IMG/VR virus record: IMGVR_UViG_3300027976_000007
Location: 1-64,000 of that record
Strand: one strand, 5' to 3'
DNA length: 64,000 nucleotides
DNA from: a virus
In this document: in pieces, positions 17,276 through 26,288 of the stretch
How the letters are laid out: each line of letters opens with the position of its first letter
Numbering within the stretch: position 1 is the first letter of the stretch
Translations under genes and position numbers: made by a program
The notes under the pieces: generated by a model
Told to the model about the DNA's origin: nothing
The model's input: the letters and a program-made list of their open reading frames with translations, nothing else
Database searches by the model: none

Positions 17276-17285
17276 CATATTTTTA

Positions 17286-17317
17286 AATAAAGAAAGCTCA
17301 ACTTTGAGGTTGAGCTT
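17286..17317 (-). terminator. Intrinsic terminator, candidate attenuator
   Basis: AAGCTCAAC-CTCAAA-GTTGAGCTT followed by TCTTTATTT. Confidence 0.75.
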
Positions 17318-17348
17318 AAATTATTTTTCAATATTATTTGAAATCTAC

Positions 17349-17447
17349 TTATTCAAGCTCATATTTTTCCCCTTTAAAGGCCACCGTATCTATCTCACTA
17401 GGGAGTAGCTGTGGCCAGGTATAATTATGTCTTAAATTTAATTTCAT
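17349..17447 (-). CDS. Candidate leader peptide MKLNLRHNYTWPQLLPSEIDTVAFKGEKYELE (32 aa)
   Basis: Translated by hand; A-rich start context; 19 amino acids and 25 distinct codons; last codons complementary to the terminator 5' arm. Confidence 0.65.
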   Translation of the reverse strand: MKLNLRHNYTWPQLLPSEIDTVAFKGEKYELE

Positions 17448-17463
17448 TGTTTCTTATTTGTTA

Positions 17464-17493
17464 TAAATATATAAAGAAGTTTAAGTCGCCAAA
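17464..17493 (-). promoter_or_regulatory. Promoter variant (TTTG-N18-TATATTTA) upstream of the leader peptide
   Basis: TTTGGCGACTTAAACTTCTTTATATATTTA. Confidence 0.6.
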
Positions 17494-17647
17494 CTTATTT
17501 TTTTTCTTTTTTTCATCTAGATGTTTATAGGGTTCTTTAAAACTCATGAATCCTTCAGGGGAGTCATAACCTATACCCCCATAAATGAACCATCTCCTGG
17601 ATCAGCTATTCTTAATTTATTAATTTATTTAGTTCTGATTTTTTATT

Positions 17648-17848
17648 TTATTCCCAGTCTTCATTTTTAGGTTTTTTTTTATTTATTTTCTTTTTTTCTT
17701 TCTTAGGTTGGAATGGTATATCATGAAGATCCTCATCGCAATTATGACATCTCATTATTCCATCAGGCTCTATATAATATCCTTCTATCTTTAAACAATG
17801 GGGACAGCCTTCCTCAGATAAATAATCTTCTACTTTAATCTTGGACAT
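17648..17848 (-). CDS. Zn-ribbon protein
   Basis: CPHC...CHNC, basic tail. Confidence 0.7.
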   Translation of the reverse strand: MSKIKVEDYLSEEGCPHCLKIEGYYIEPDGIMRCHNCDEDLHDIPFQPKKEKKKINKKKPKNEDWE

Positions 17849-17851
17849 TAC

Positions 17852-18256
17852 TTATAATTCGAGAGGATCTATATTAACTTCTATTGAATCCATATCTTCG
17901 AATTCTTCATAATCTTCTTCTAAAACCCATTCTTGGTCTTCTTTAAGGAGGTCTTCAAAAGACTTTTCATCTTTTTCTAACTTCCAAGCTATAGGCTGGA
18001 GTAAACCTGCATTTTCATATACTACCCATACTCTGTCTTTCCAAAGATCCATAGTAATACCTTCTACTTCACATTTATATCCAAATTTCATAGTTATTTG
18101 GGCTAAAAGATCTATAAACTCATCACATAGTTTATGTAATTCACCCTCTATAGGGAAATTTGAACCATATTCTTTAGACCTGTTGGTTTTGGAATCAAAT
18201 AGGTTTTTAATCTCTAACCATTTGGTGTTTATTATACTCCGTTTTCCTTCTTTCAT
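17852..18256 (-). CDS. Hypothetical protein with acidic C-terminus
   Basis: 134-aa ORF. Confidence 0.7.
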   Translation of the reverse strand: MKEGKRSIINTKWLEIKNLFDSKTNRSKEYGSNFPIEGELHKLCDEFIDLLAQITMKFGYKCEVEGITMDLWKDRVWVVYENAGLLQPIAWKLEKDEKSFEDLLKEDQEWVLEEDYEEFEDMDSIEVNIDPLEL

Positions 18257-18429
18257 ATTTAATTTTTAATTATAATTTTTCTTAACATGCAATGTTACGT
18301 TTGTGTTTCGTATTAAGTTTTATTTTAATGAAACCCTAGCATATTTTTCTCTAACCTTTACCAACCAATTCATGAAAGGTTAGGTTTTGGTGATCTTCAT
18401 TTAGGAACTTTTTCCAATTTTCCTTTATG

Positions 18430-19224
18430 TTATCTTCCATTTTTATTGTTTGGTCTGTTGTCGTCAATTCTTCCATCTGAATCTTCATAATAGGTTTCAT
18501 TGTCATTCGAGTCAAATTCTTGTTTGTACCAAAAATTATTTGAATTTTCATAATAGGTTTGATTACCATTCGAGTCAAATTCTTGTTTGTACCAATACCC
18601 ATCTGAATCTTTATAAGAGGTTACATTATTATTCGAGTCATATTCACTTTTGGTCCAATACTTATTTGAACTTTCATAATAGGTTATATTATTATTCAAG
18701 TCAAATTCTTGTTTGTACCAATACTTATCTGAATTTTCAAAATAGATTTTATTACCTCTAGAATCTTTTTCTATATAGGGGAATTTTGTTATACCCAATT
18801 CTTGAGCTTTAGTCATTTCTTCATTTAGGAACTTTTTCCAATTTTCTTTTATATTATCTTCCATGTTGTTGTTTGGGCGATCGTCTATAATCAATCCACT
18901 TGAATTTTCATAATAGGTTTGATTACCCTTCGAGTCAAATTCTTGTTTGTACCAATACCCATCTGAATCTTTATAAGAGGTTACATTATTATTCGAGTCA
19001 TATTCACTTTTGGTCCAATACTTATTTGAACTTTCATAATAGGTTATATTATTATTCAAGTCAAATTCTTGTTTGTACCAAGACTTATTTGAATCTTCAT
19101 AATAGATTTTATTACCTCTAGAATCCTTTTCTATATAAGGAAATTCAGTTATACCCAATTCTTGGGCTTTAGTCATTTCTTCATTTAGGAACTTTTTCCA
19201 GTTTTCCTTTATGTTATCTTCCAT
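18430..19224 (-). CDS. Tandem fusion of two [MEDNIKENWKKFLNEE leader + 21-aa repeat module] units
   Basis: Leader at 19224 and 18864 (360-nt period); a third leader at 18440 is out of frame; repeat units match the 4229-10861 family. Confidence 0.8.
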   Translation of the reverse strand: MEDNIKENWKKFLNEEMTKAQELGITEFPYIEKDSRGNKIYYEDSNKSWYKQEFDLNNNITYYESSNKYWTKSEYDSNNNVTSYKDSDGYWYKQEFDSKGNQTYYENSSGLIIDDRPNNNMEDNIKENWKKFLNEEMTKAQELGITKFPYIEKDSRGNKIYFENSDKYWYKQEFDLNNNITYYESSNKYWTKSEYDSNNNVTSYKDSDGYWYKQEFDSNGNQTYYENSNNFWYKQEFDSNDNETYYEDSDGRIDDNRPNNKNGR

Positions 19225-19255
19225 GTTGCTGTTTGGGCGTTTGTCTTCAATGTAC

Positions 19256-20302
19256 CTAATCTGTTTTTTCCTGTATGTAATTCTCAAAATCTTCAACCAT
19301 ATCCTCCAAAGACATATCTTCATATTGATCAGTATCTCCTCTCTTAATGTCAGCATAAACTGCAGATAAATATAGTTTAATGTTACCTTTATCTTCTCCT
19401 TTAAGGTTAATTAAAAGGTCTTTAAGTTTTTTCTTTAGAGTTCCGGTTATGGTGGGGGTTTTTTCATCTTCCTTTAGATCCCCATCATCCTCCGAATGGT
19501 CCTCAAGGTATTTTTTTAGGTTAAAACCACCCCATGAAATATCTGTTTTTTTCTTGGGGGTTTTTTCATCATCCTCCGAATGGTCCTCAAGGTATTTTTT
19601 TAGGTTAAAACCACCCCATGAAATATCTGTTTTTTTCTTGGGGGTTTTTTCATCTTCCTTTAGATCCCCATCATCCTCCGAATGGTCCTCAAGGTATTTT
19701 TTTAGGTTAAAACCACCCCATGAAATATCTGTTTTTTTCTTGGGGGTTTTTTCATCATCCTCCGAATGGTCCTCAAGGTATTTTTTTAGGTTAAAACCAC
19801 CCCATGAAATATCTGTTTTTTTCTTGGGGGTTTTTTCATCATCCTCAGAATAATCCTCACTTAAAAACCTATTCCATTCCTTTTTAATTACCTCATCTAT
19901 GTTAGAAGTAACCCCAGCTTCATTTCTTTCCAAGAAATCAACTATTTCGCCTTCTTTTGGTCCTTTGAAGGTTTTCCATTCCCTTATTCGGTTATCATAA
20001 ATATAAATATAATTTTCACCCGAAAATATTCTAGACATTTTCTCTACTATTGAGTAATAGTCCATTTCCTGGATAGGTTGGGAAAAATGTTTTGGAGGTT
20101 TAGAATCTGGGTAAAATTCTAAATTCCCTTCCTCATCAAGAAATCTCATTTCTTTTTGTTTTGATATAAAAAGGGCCTCATTGTCGGTGTTGTATAGGTT
20201 TTTTAAGATTTTTCCAGTATGGTCTTCATAACCATCAGAGTTTACTCTAGTCCCATTTATTTGGCCATGGCCATCATAATATATAATTGCAGCAGAAGTC
20301 AT
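19256..20302 (-). CDS. Hypothetical protein with internal 28/35-aa tandem repeats (probable internal head protein)
   Basis: 4 x EKTPKKKTDISWGGFNLKKYLEDHSEDD. Confidence 0.75.
   Translation of the reverse strand: MTSAAIIYYDGHGQINGTRVNSDGYEDHTGKILKNLYNTDNEALFISKQKEMRFLDEEGNLEFYPDSKPPKHFSQPIQEMDYYSIVEKMSRIFSGENYIYIYDNRIREWKTFKGPKEGEIVDFLERNEAGVTSNIDEVIKKEWNRFLSEDYSEDDEKTPKKKTDISWGGFNLKKYLEDHSEDDEKTPKKKTDISWGGFNLKKYLEDHSEDDGDLKEDEKTPKKKTDISWGGFNLKKYLEDHSEDDEKTPKKKTDISWGGFNLKKYLEDHSEDDGDLKEDEKTPTITGTLKKKLKDLLINLKGEDKGNIKLYLSAVYADIKRGDTDQYEDMSLEDMVEDFENYIQEKTD
19455..19850. repeat. Perfect in-frame tandem repeats, alternating 84- and 105-bp units
   Basis: Identical DNA blocks read directly. Confidence 0.9.
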
Positions 20303-20323
20303 ATTTTAGTTTTATTATAAATA

Positions 20324-20740
20324 TTATAGATTATATTTAAGTTCATATGATTTCAATACTTTGTAACCTACACCTATCTCTAGTATCTGGGCTTTAGAAG
20401 GGATACCTACTATTTTATCACAAGACAAAATGTAGTCTATATTTTGATTCTTAAAGATTTTAATTTTGGTTGGGGCTTTAGGTTTGGATGAAGATTTGTA
20501 TACAATAGATACAGGCATCCTACCGTAAGACTTATTCTTTTCTATTTTAGGAGATGTGAATTTATATCCTTTAGGATAATTATGTTCTACCTTATAAGGT
20601 CCAGTATTAGACTTTAATAGATCAACAAACCATTGAGTATGCCAACCTTCACCTTGAACCTTCTTACTTGCAAACTCATGAAAGTTTTGAGTATATTTCT
20701 CAAGAACTTCATCATTCTCACTGGGTCTTCCTCTACTCAT
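20324..20740 (-). CDS. Hypothetical protein
   Basis: Start moved downstream of promoter 20767-20798. Confidence 0.7.
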   Translation of the reverse strand: MSRGRPSENDEVLEKYTQNFHEFASKKVQGEGWHTQWFVDLLKSNTGPYKVEHNYPKGYKFTSPKIEKNKSYGRMPVSIVYKSSSKPKAPTKIKIFKNQNIDYILSCDKIVGIPSKAQILEIGVGYKVLKSYELKYNL

Positions 20741-20805
20741 AATTTTCTTGCGTTTCTTATTATACGTAAATATGACATCCTTATCTTGGAGAGCCAAACA
20801 GGGGG

Positions 20806-21252
20806 TTATGTATTTTTTAATTTTTGTACGTGCTTACAAGCCTTGGTTTTATCATAAGCTCTGGCGAATCCCGGACAATTACATCTATATTTAATCTCAC
20901 CGTTTTCAATTGTCTCCTTTACTTTATAAATAACACCACTTGATGAAGACTTCATCTCATGAGTTATGGTTTCAATTGGACTTTTAGGAATGGGTTTAAC
21001 CCAAACAATGTCTTTCAAAGTAGTACCTTTATGAACTTCAACCCATGAAGGAACTAAGTATCTTTTTCCATCAGGGGAACTATATAGAATGGGAGGCAAA
21101 TAAGAATGTTTATATTCATAAACAAACCTTCTAACATAAACTACCCTCCCTAACCCTTTTCCTAAAGTGAGGGGTCGGCCCGGGGGAATGTTAACTATTC
21201 TAGTTCTAACATTCCCATATTTATTCAGATTTTTAAACTCCCATAAAGCCAT
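20806..21252 (-). CDS. SWIM Zn-finger protein
   Basis: CNCPGF...CKH; promoter 21271-21302. Confidence 0.75.
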   Translation of the reverse strand: MALWEFKNLNKYGNVRTRIVNIPPGRPLTLGKGLGRVVYVRRFVYEYKHSYLPPILYSSPDGKRYLVPSWVEVHKGTTLKDIVWVKPIPKSPIETITHEMKSSSSGVIYKVKETIENGEIKYRCNCPGFARAYDKTKACKHVQKLKNT

Positions 21253-21503
21253 TATACTCCATTTTACGCGTAAATATAACATCACTCTTTGGGGGTGCCA
21301 AACATATGATGGGGTATGAGGTAGTGGTTAAAAAGCGTTAATCCCACGTTAATTCACGTTACTTTTTAATGTTGATGTAATCATACCTTCAATAGTCAAT
21401 AACAAACATATGCTATCAAAAGAATTTGGATTCTGTGTGAAAGAATCTATTAATTGACCGTCGGTCATATTATGGAATATGGTTTCAAAACTAAAATGAG
21501 AGG

Positions 21504-21812
21504 TCATGATTTTTTTTGTTTTAGGTAATTTATGGCTTTAACGGCTTTAGCACATTCTTCATATTCTTGAAATTTTTCTAAAGTTTTTAAGTTGAGCTCT
21601 AAAGAAGATATAAATTCCTTTCTATCTAGCCTTACATCTAATACATCACCATCATCAGTAAAATATACTTCTAATATATGAATTTTTGAATCTTTGGTAT
21701 CTAAGTTGGAGATTATCCTTTTAATTACTTCTTTAGAAATAGTTATATTTGATCCTTGAATTAGAGTCTCAAATGTTGAGGAGTTTGGGGTTTGAATGTT
21801 ATAGGGTTCCAT
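21504..21812 (-). CDS. Hypothetical protein with UVR-like coiled coil
   Basis: QEYEECAKA motif; related to 22993-23310. Confidence 0.6.
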   Translation of the reverse strand: MEPYNIQTPNSSTFETLIQGSNITISKEVIKRIISNLDTKDSKIHILEVYFTDDGDVLDVRLDRKEFISSLELNLKTLEKFQEYEECAKAVKAINYLKQKKS

Positions 21813-21971
21813 ATGTTTAAAATTTATCTAAGAATCCCGGATCTATTATTTTACCTTTTAATTTCTGGTTATGTTGGTCTTTTTGAAGCATTTGGGTTGC
21901 TAGTTTTTCTAAATGTTTGGATTTGGAAGTTTCATAATCATCAAGTATTTTTTTATGTTTTCTCTTTTTCT

Positions 21972-22607
21972 TCATTCTCTAGCTATAATATCATAATCAT
22001 CATCATCATTTTTTCCATCTAAACCAAGTTCCTTTAATCTTTCTAAATGATAATCATCCACTTCCCAATCTATCTTAGTGTTAAACTGCTGTGTTTGATA
22101 ATCTTCCAGTCCTGAAATTTGTTTGTCTGAGAATACATTCCCTATTGTAAGGAAATAACAATTATAACATAATACTTCTACATTTTCTAAATGGTAGTTT
22201 TTTTTATTTTTATCTTTAAAGTTAAATATAAGAGGAATTTTATAATCTAATACTCTTCTTTCTTCGAAACCACAAAGATAACATTCTTCCTTTAAATATC
22301 CTTCAGATAGCAATCTATACTTTAGTTTCTCATTACTAAAAGAAGATGGATCAGCTCGGCCTTGGATTATATCCATTATAGGGGGTTCTTTTCCTTTATT
22401 GCTTAAAAATTTAGGAATACCTATACCTGTTGGGTTTTTATGTTGTTCAAATAAATTAACAGATACTCCATCAGTTGCTTCATACAATTTCATCCATTTT
22501 TTAAGATGTTGATAAGAACAACATAAGTATCTAGCCGCGGCCCTTACTGATAAAGTATGGGACATAGCTTCTAAAATTTTTTCTTTTGGAAAGTCTTTCC
22601 TTACCAT
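21972..22607 (-). CDS. HTH plus degenerate HNH-like protein
   Basis: SVRAAARYL HTH; CYLC...NYHLENVEVLCYNC. Confidence 0.6.
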   Translation of the reverse strand: MVRKDFPKEKILEAMSHTLSVRAAARYLCCSYQHLKKWMKLYEATDGVSVNLFEQHKNPTGIGIPKFLSNKGKEPPIMDIIQGRADPSSFSNEKLKYRLLSEGYLKEECYLCGFEERRVLDYKIPLIFNFKDKNKKNYHLENVEVLCYNCYFLTIGNVFSDKQISGLEDYQTQQFNTKIDWEVDDYHLERLKELGLDGKNDDDDYDIIARE

Positions 22608-22996
22608 TACTTTTTTAAACAGTTATGTTCTATATAATCATAAAGTTCAATAGGAGAAGTCATTATATACTCTTTTTGGTCTTCTCCTAAAAAGGGGTGT
22701 ATTTTACCCTCTAGATCTAACCTTTCATATAAATAGAAGAATACTAAATTCCCCACTTCATCCCCCCACAGTATTCTAAAAAAACCATCTATTATAGTAC
22801 AATAAGGTTCTGTAAGGAAACTTATGTCAATACCGCTACAATCTAAAATAGTAAATTCTTTTTTGAGAGAGTTTTCTATTTTGGATATGGAGTCTATAAA
22901 AAATTCTTTATCTATTCTTACAGTATTATCTATTATGTTTACTTTTGCCCTTAATATAGCTTCAAAGAGATTTTTTAGTTTTTCATTATTATTCAT
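22607..22996 (-). CDS. Hypothetical protein
   Basis: 129-aa coupled ORF. Confidence 0.7.
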   Translation of the reverse strand: MNNNEKLKNLFEAILRAKVNIIDNTVRIDKEFFIDSISKIENSLKKEFTILDCSGIDISFLTEPYCTIIDGFFRILWGDEVGNLVFFYLYERLDLEGKIHPFLGEDQKEYIMTSPIELYDYIEHNCLKK

Positions 22997-23310
22997 AACA
23001 GTTTATATTTGGATTCAAGTTTTTGAATTTCTAAACATTCTTCAAATTCTTGTTTTTCAAGGTGTAAATTTTTAATATTATCTAATATTATCTTAAAATC
23101 TTTTTTTTCAATTTCTATTAAAACCGAATGATTATACACGTTTAAAAATTTAGCGGAGGTATGTTTATTTTTTAAGGCATCTTTTATAGAGGAGTATGCT
23201 TCCCCTATAATAAAAGTTTTAAAAGTTTCATCCACCTTTAAGGATTCTAAATCTTTATCGGTATCCCACACTAATGCTATTTTCTTTATATCTCTAAGTT
23301 TCTTTTTCAT
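22993..23310 (-). CDS. Hypothetical protein with UVR-like coiled coil
   Basis: QEFEECLEI motif. Confidence 0.6.
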   Translation of the reverse strand: MKKKLRDIKKIALVWDTDKDLESLKVDETFKTFIIGEAYSSIKDALKNKHTSAKFLNVYNHSVLIEIEKKDFKIILDNIKNLHLEKQEFEECLEIQKLESKYKLL

Positions 23311-23349
23311 ATTAAGGGGATATTAAGGGGTTTATTATACATATGAAGT

Positions 23350-23679
23350 TTAGGTTCTTAAAATACAAATAAATAATCCCCCCAAGTTAAAAGACCCTAT
23401 CTTTTTTCCTTCTAAAACTTCCTCAAGGTTTTTCATATTAATATGATCCCCTATAGAATAATCTTTACTATTTACCTCTATCAGGATTTTGTTGGTTTTT
23501 AAATCTTCTAGGGTTTTTAGCTTCTCTTTTAATAATAAATTACTTCCAGAACTTCTAGTTTTCATTCTATAGAATTGGTCAGTATCCATATCAGTGTAGA
23601 TTGTATGTCCTAAAGGTTCTAATATTGATAGAAGCTCTCCATTACAATTTTCAATCACTATTCCTATATCGTATTTCAT
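23350..23679 (-). CDS. Stand-alone paralog of the C-terminal domain of the adjacent GT2
   Basis: KYDIGIVIENC..LLSILEP versus KYNIGIMIKNC..ILEALEP. Confidence 0.7.
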   Translation of the reverse strand: MKYDIGIVIENCNGELLSILEPLGHTIYTDMDTDQFYRMKTRSSGSNLLLKEKLKTLEDLKTNKILIEVNSKDYSIGDHINMKNLEEVLEGKKIGSFNLGGLFICILRT

Positions 23680-23727
23680 ATTATTTTTTTTAAAATATAA
23701 GTATAATCTTTTACATATCCAAACTTT

Positions 23728-24894
23728 TCAAAGATGGATTAAGGAATTTTGGTATTGGTTTACTTTGGATATTATTAAATCCCAATCTAGTAGTTTATAT
23801 GTCCCCTCTCCTATATCAGAGGGTAATATTTTAGGGAGGATGAATATTTCTTCTGATAGAGGTTTGTTTCCATCTATTTTTATTATGATTTCATCTTTAG
23901 GGGGAGATGAGTTATATTCATAGATTTTCTTATTAAGATCTATTGAAGTTTTTTCTCTTTCATTATAAATGTAAGTTTGAATTAAAGTAGGTATCCTACT
24001 TTCATCTATATAAAGAGTATCATAAAAAGGTTCTAAAGCTTCTAGGATAGGGTAGGTACAATTTTTTATCATTATCCCTATATTATATTTTGGGGTAATA
24101 ATAGGTTCCATTAAGGGAGAATGATTTATAGTACTACCCCATTTTCTTATGAATTCCCTAGTTGAAGCCTCCATTTCCATACCCCAAAATTTATGCCTTC
24201 TAGGATCTCCTGAAAAACTACCAGCTCCCCTACCTGTAAAATGATATACTAAACTATTCCAAGGCTGGATGAAGTTATATTCGGCCAGTTTCATTCTATT
24301 AAAAATGTCCGAATCTTCTCGACAAGATTTAAGTCTAGGATCATGTCCTCCTAAAAATTCAAAATCTTTTTTATACATCATCCAAGGGGCAAATATCCCA
24401 TTAGTTATTTTATCTTTATCAAGGTTATCTTCAACATAGGAATTAAATTTATCCTTTTTAAATACTTCAGGGTACATACCTAAATCCATCAATATTTTTT
24501 CCCCATTGTTAGGATGAATTGGAGGTTCAATTCTAGTAGAACATACTACCGTATTAGGTTTAAGATGATGAAAGGATTTTAAGTCTGCATGTTTTCCTAA
24601 TATCATATCCGCATGAAATATTATGAAAATGTCTGTTATGGACTTATTTATTAAAAAATCATAAGCTCTACCTATACCATAAAGTCCAATGCCTATATCA
24701 GGGTTTATATGATATTTGATATTATATTCATCTTTGATTTCTTCTAACCAGGCTATAGTTCCATCTTCATCAGAATCAACAAATATCAATATTTCATGGT
24801 CTTTTCTAAAAGAGTTCTCACGTATTGAAGGTATGCATGACTTTAAATACCTTAAATTAGATTTGCTTGGTATACAAAAAGTTATTTTTTCCAT
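23728..24894 (-). CDS. Glycosyltransferase family 2
   Basis: ITFCIPS, VDSDEDGT, HAD(DxD), GGHD and REDSD motifs. Confidence 0.85.
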   Translation of the reverse strand: MEKITFCIPSKSNLRYLKSCIPSIRENSFRKDHEILIFVDSDEDGTIAWLEEIKDEYNIKYHINPDIGIGLYGIGRAYDFLINKSITDIFIIFHADMILGKHADLKSFHHLKPNTVVCSTRIEPPIHPNNGEKILMDLGMYPEVFKKDKFNSYVEDNLDKDKITNGIFAPWMMYKKDFEFLGGHDPRLKSCREDSDIFNRMKLAEYNFIQPWNSLVYHFTGRGAGSFSGDPRRHKFWGMEMEASTREFIRKWGSTINHSPLMEPIITPKYNIGIMIKNCTYPILEALEPFYDTLYIDESRIPTLIQTYIYNEREKTSIDLNKKIYEYNSSPPKDEIIIKIDGNKPLSEEIFILPKILPSDIGEGTYKLLDWDLIISKVNQYQNSLIHL

Positions 24895-24906
24895 TATATC
24901 ATTTAT

Positions 24907-25491
24907 TTAAAACCATTTATGAACCTTAATCCCTAAATCTTCAATTTGGGAAATTAAAACCTTTCTTGAATTTTCATCTTCATCATCCATAATATGGTCA
25001 TGGAATTCAACATATATTTCTTTTATTAAAGATATGGATTTTTCTTTTATAAGGTGTCTTAGAACTTTAAATTCACTCCCTTCAATATCCATTTTACATA
25101 TTATATTAGAGTCTTTACTAAACCCATAAATAAAACGGCTAAAATCTATACTTTTAATCTTCACCTGAGTATTATACCCCTTATGGTTAAAACCTATCCC
25201 ATCAACAGAAGAACCCCAACCATCAATATCAGAGTGACCATCTGTAGGTGAGTGACTTCCACTATCTTTATGGTTTTCTTGATTAAATAATACAAACCCA
25301 TCTTCTACCCAAACCGCGACTTCATATAAATTTATACCCAGGGGAATCTGTTTTATTCTTTCTTTTATATTACATGCGGGGTTTGCTTCGAATGTATGGA
25401 TTTCAAAGGAATCATCAATAATTCCCTTATTATAAAAGTCTACTAGACCTTCACATAAATGGGTCCCACAGTCTAAAAAAATATTTTTCAT
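24907..25491 (-). CDS. FkbM-family methyltransferase
   Basis: FLDCG, FEANP, KMDIEGSE and VEFH motifs. Confidence 0.9.
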   Translation of the reverse strand: MKNIFLDCGTHLCEGLVDFYNKGIIDDSFEIHTFEANPACNIKERIKQIPLGINLYEVAVWVEDGFVLFNQENHKDSGSHSPTDGHSDIDGWGSSVDGIGFNHKGYNTQVKIKSIDFSRFIYGFSKDSNIICKMDIEGSEFKVLRHLIKEKSISLIKEIYVEFHDHIMDDEDENSRKVLISQIEDLGIKVHKWF

Positions 25492-26288
25492 ATTATTATT
25501 ATTTGTTTATCATTAAAATGGTGATGACATATACCCTCAACAGATAGATTCTTATAACTAGGATCATGTATTTGGTAAAACTTTATAGTTTCTAATAACA
25601 TCTTATACTTTTCCTTAGGTATGAGGTGTCCTTTACTTAATTTATTTCTTTCCGTACATTGTTTTAAAAAATTTTCACAAGACCATCCATCTATATATTC
25701 CCAAATCTTACCATTATATTTAGGTATGGTTTTTGAGAATTCATAAGTTTCATTTATATATTGTTTATCATTCAAAAAATCTACTTTTGAAGTATTTATA
25801 AAGTAAAAATTAGTTTGAGGGAAGAAACTTTCAGATATTATTTTTTCTATATTAAAATCATATTCCCTCATCCCACCATACCCTACACCATTCATATAAT
25901 AGAAGTCTTTACCTTCATCGATTTCAATGTCTAATACAGAGGGATCAAAGATCATATCTGCTGAAGTTTTGCATAACCAATCAAACCCCAATCCATCACA
26001 TTCTCTGAAAATAATATCATCTAAATCTACGGTCCCGAAATTATGGCCTCTATTAAATAATGAATCTTTTATTAGAATGTTAGGGAAATATTTTCTCCAT
26101 AATTCTTCATTTTCCTTTTGTAAGGGGGAAGAGTAATTAGTAGCCACTATCTGGGCTTTAAATTCCTTTAATATTGGGAGGTTGTATATTATAAAAGATT
26201 CTAACTTTTCAAGATCCTCAATATAGTGTATATGGTTTATAACCCCATATACAGAAGTATTAATTAAACTTTTAAGAGTGGATTTCAT
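25488..26288 (-). CDS. Putative glycosyltransferase-like protein
   Basis: GT-A-like features; located in the glycan cluster. Confidence 0.5.
   Translation of the reverse strand: MKSTLKSLINTSVYGVINHIHYIEDLEKLESFIIYNLPILKEFKAQIVATNYSSPLQKENEELWRKYFPNILIKDSLFNRGHNFGTVDLDDIIFRECDGLGFDWLCKTSADMIFDPSVLDIEIDEGKDFYYMNGVGYGGMREYDFNIEKIISESFFPQTNFYFINTSKVDFLNDKQYINETYEFSKTIPKYNGKIWEYIDGWSCENFLKQCTERNKLSKGHLIPKEKYKMLLETIKFYQIHDPSYKNLSVEGICHHHFNDKQIIII

Noticed and set aside
10522-18602. ORFs 10522-10746 and most of 18351-18602 as independent genes
   Set aside because: Alternative frames of repeat-family genes; only the leader portion 18351-18440 is meaningful
6324-21285. Track start codons of 6324-6581, 7758-8063, 20324-20797 and 20806-21285
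   Set aside because: These starts fall within the repeated promoter motif; downstream ATGs were used instead
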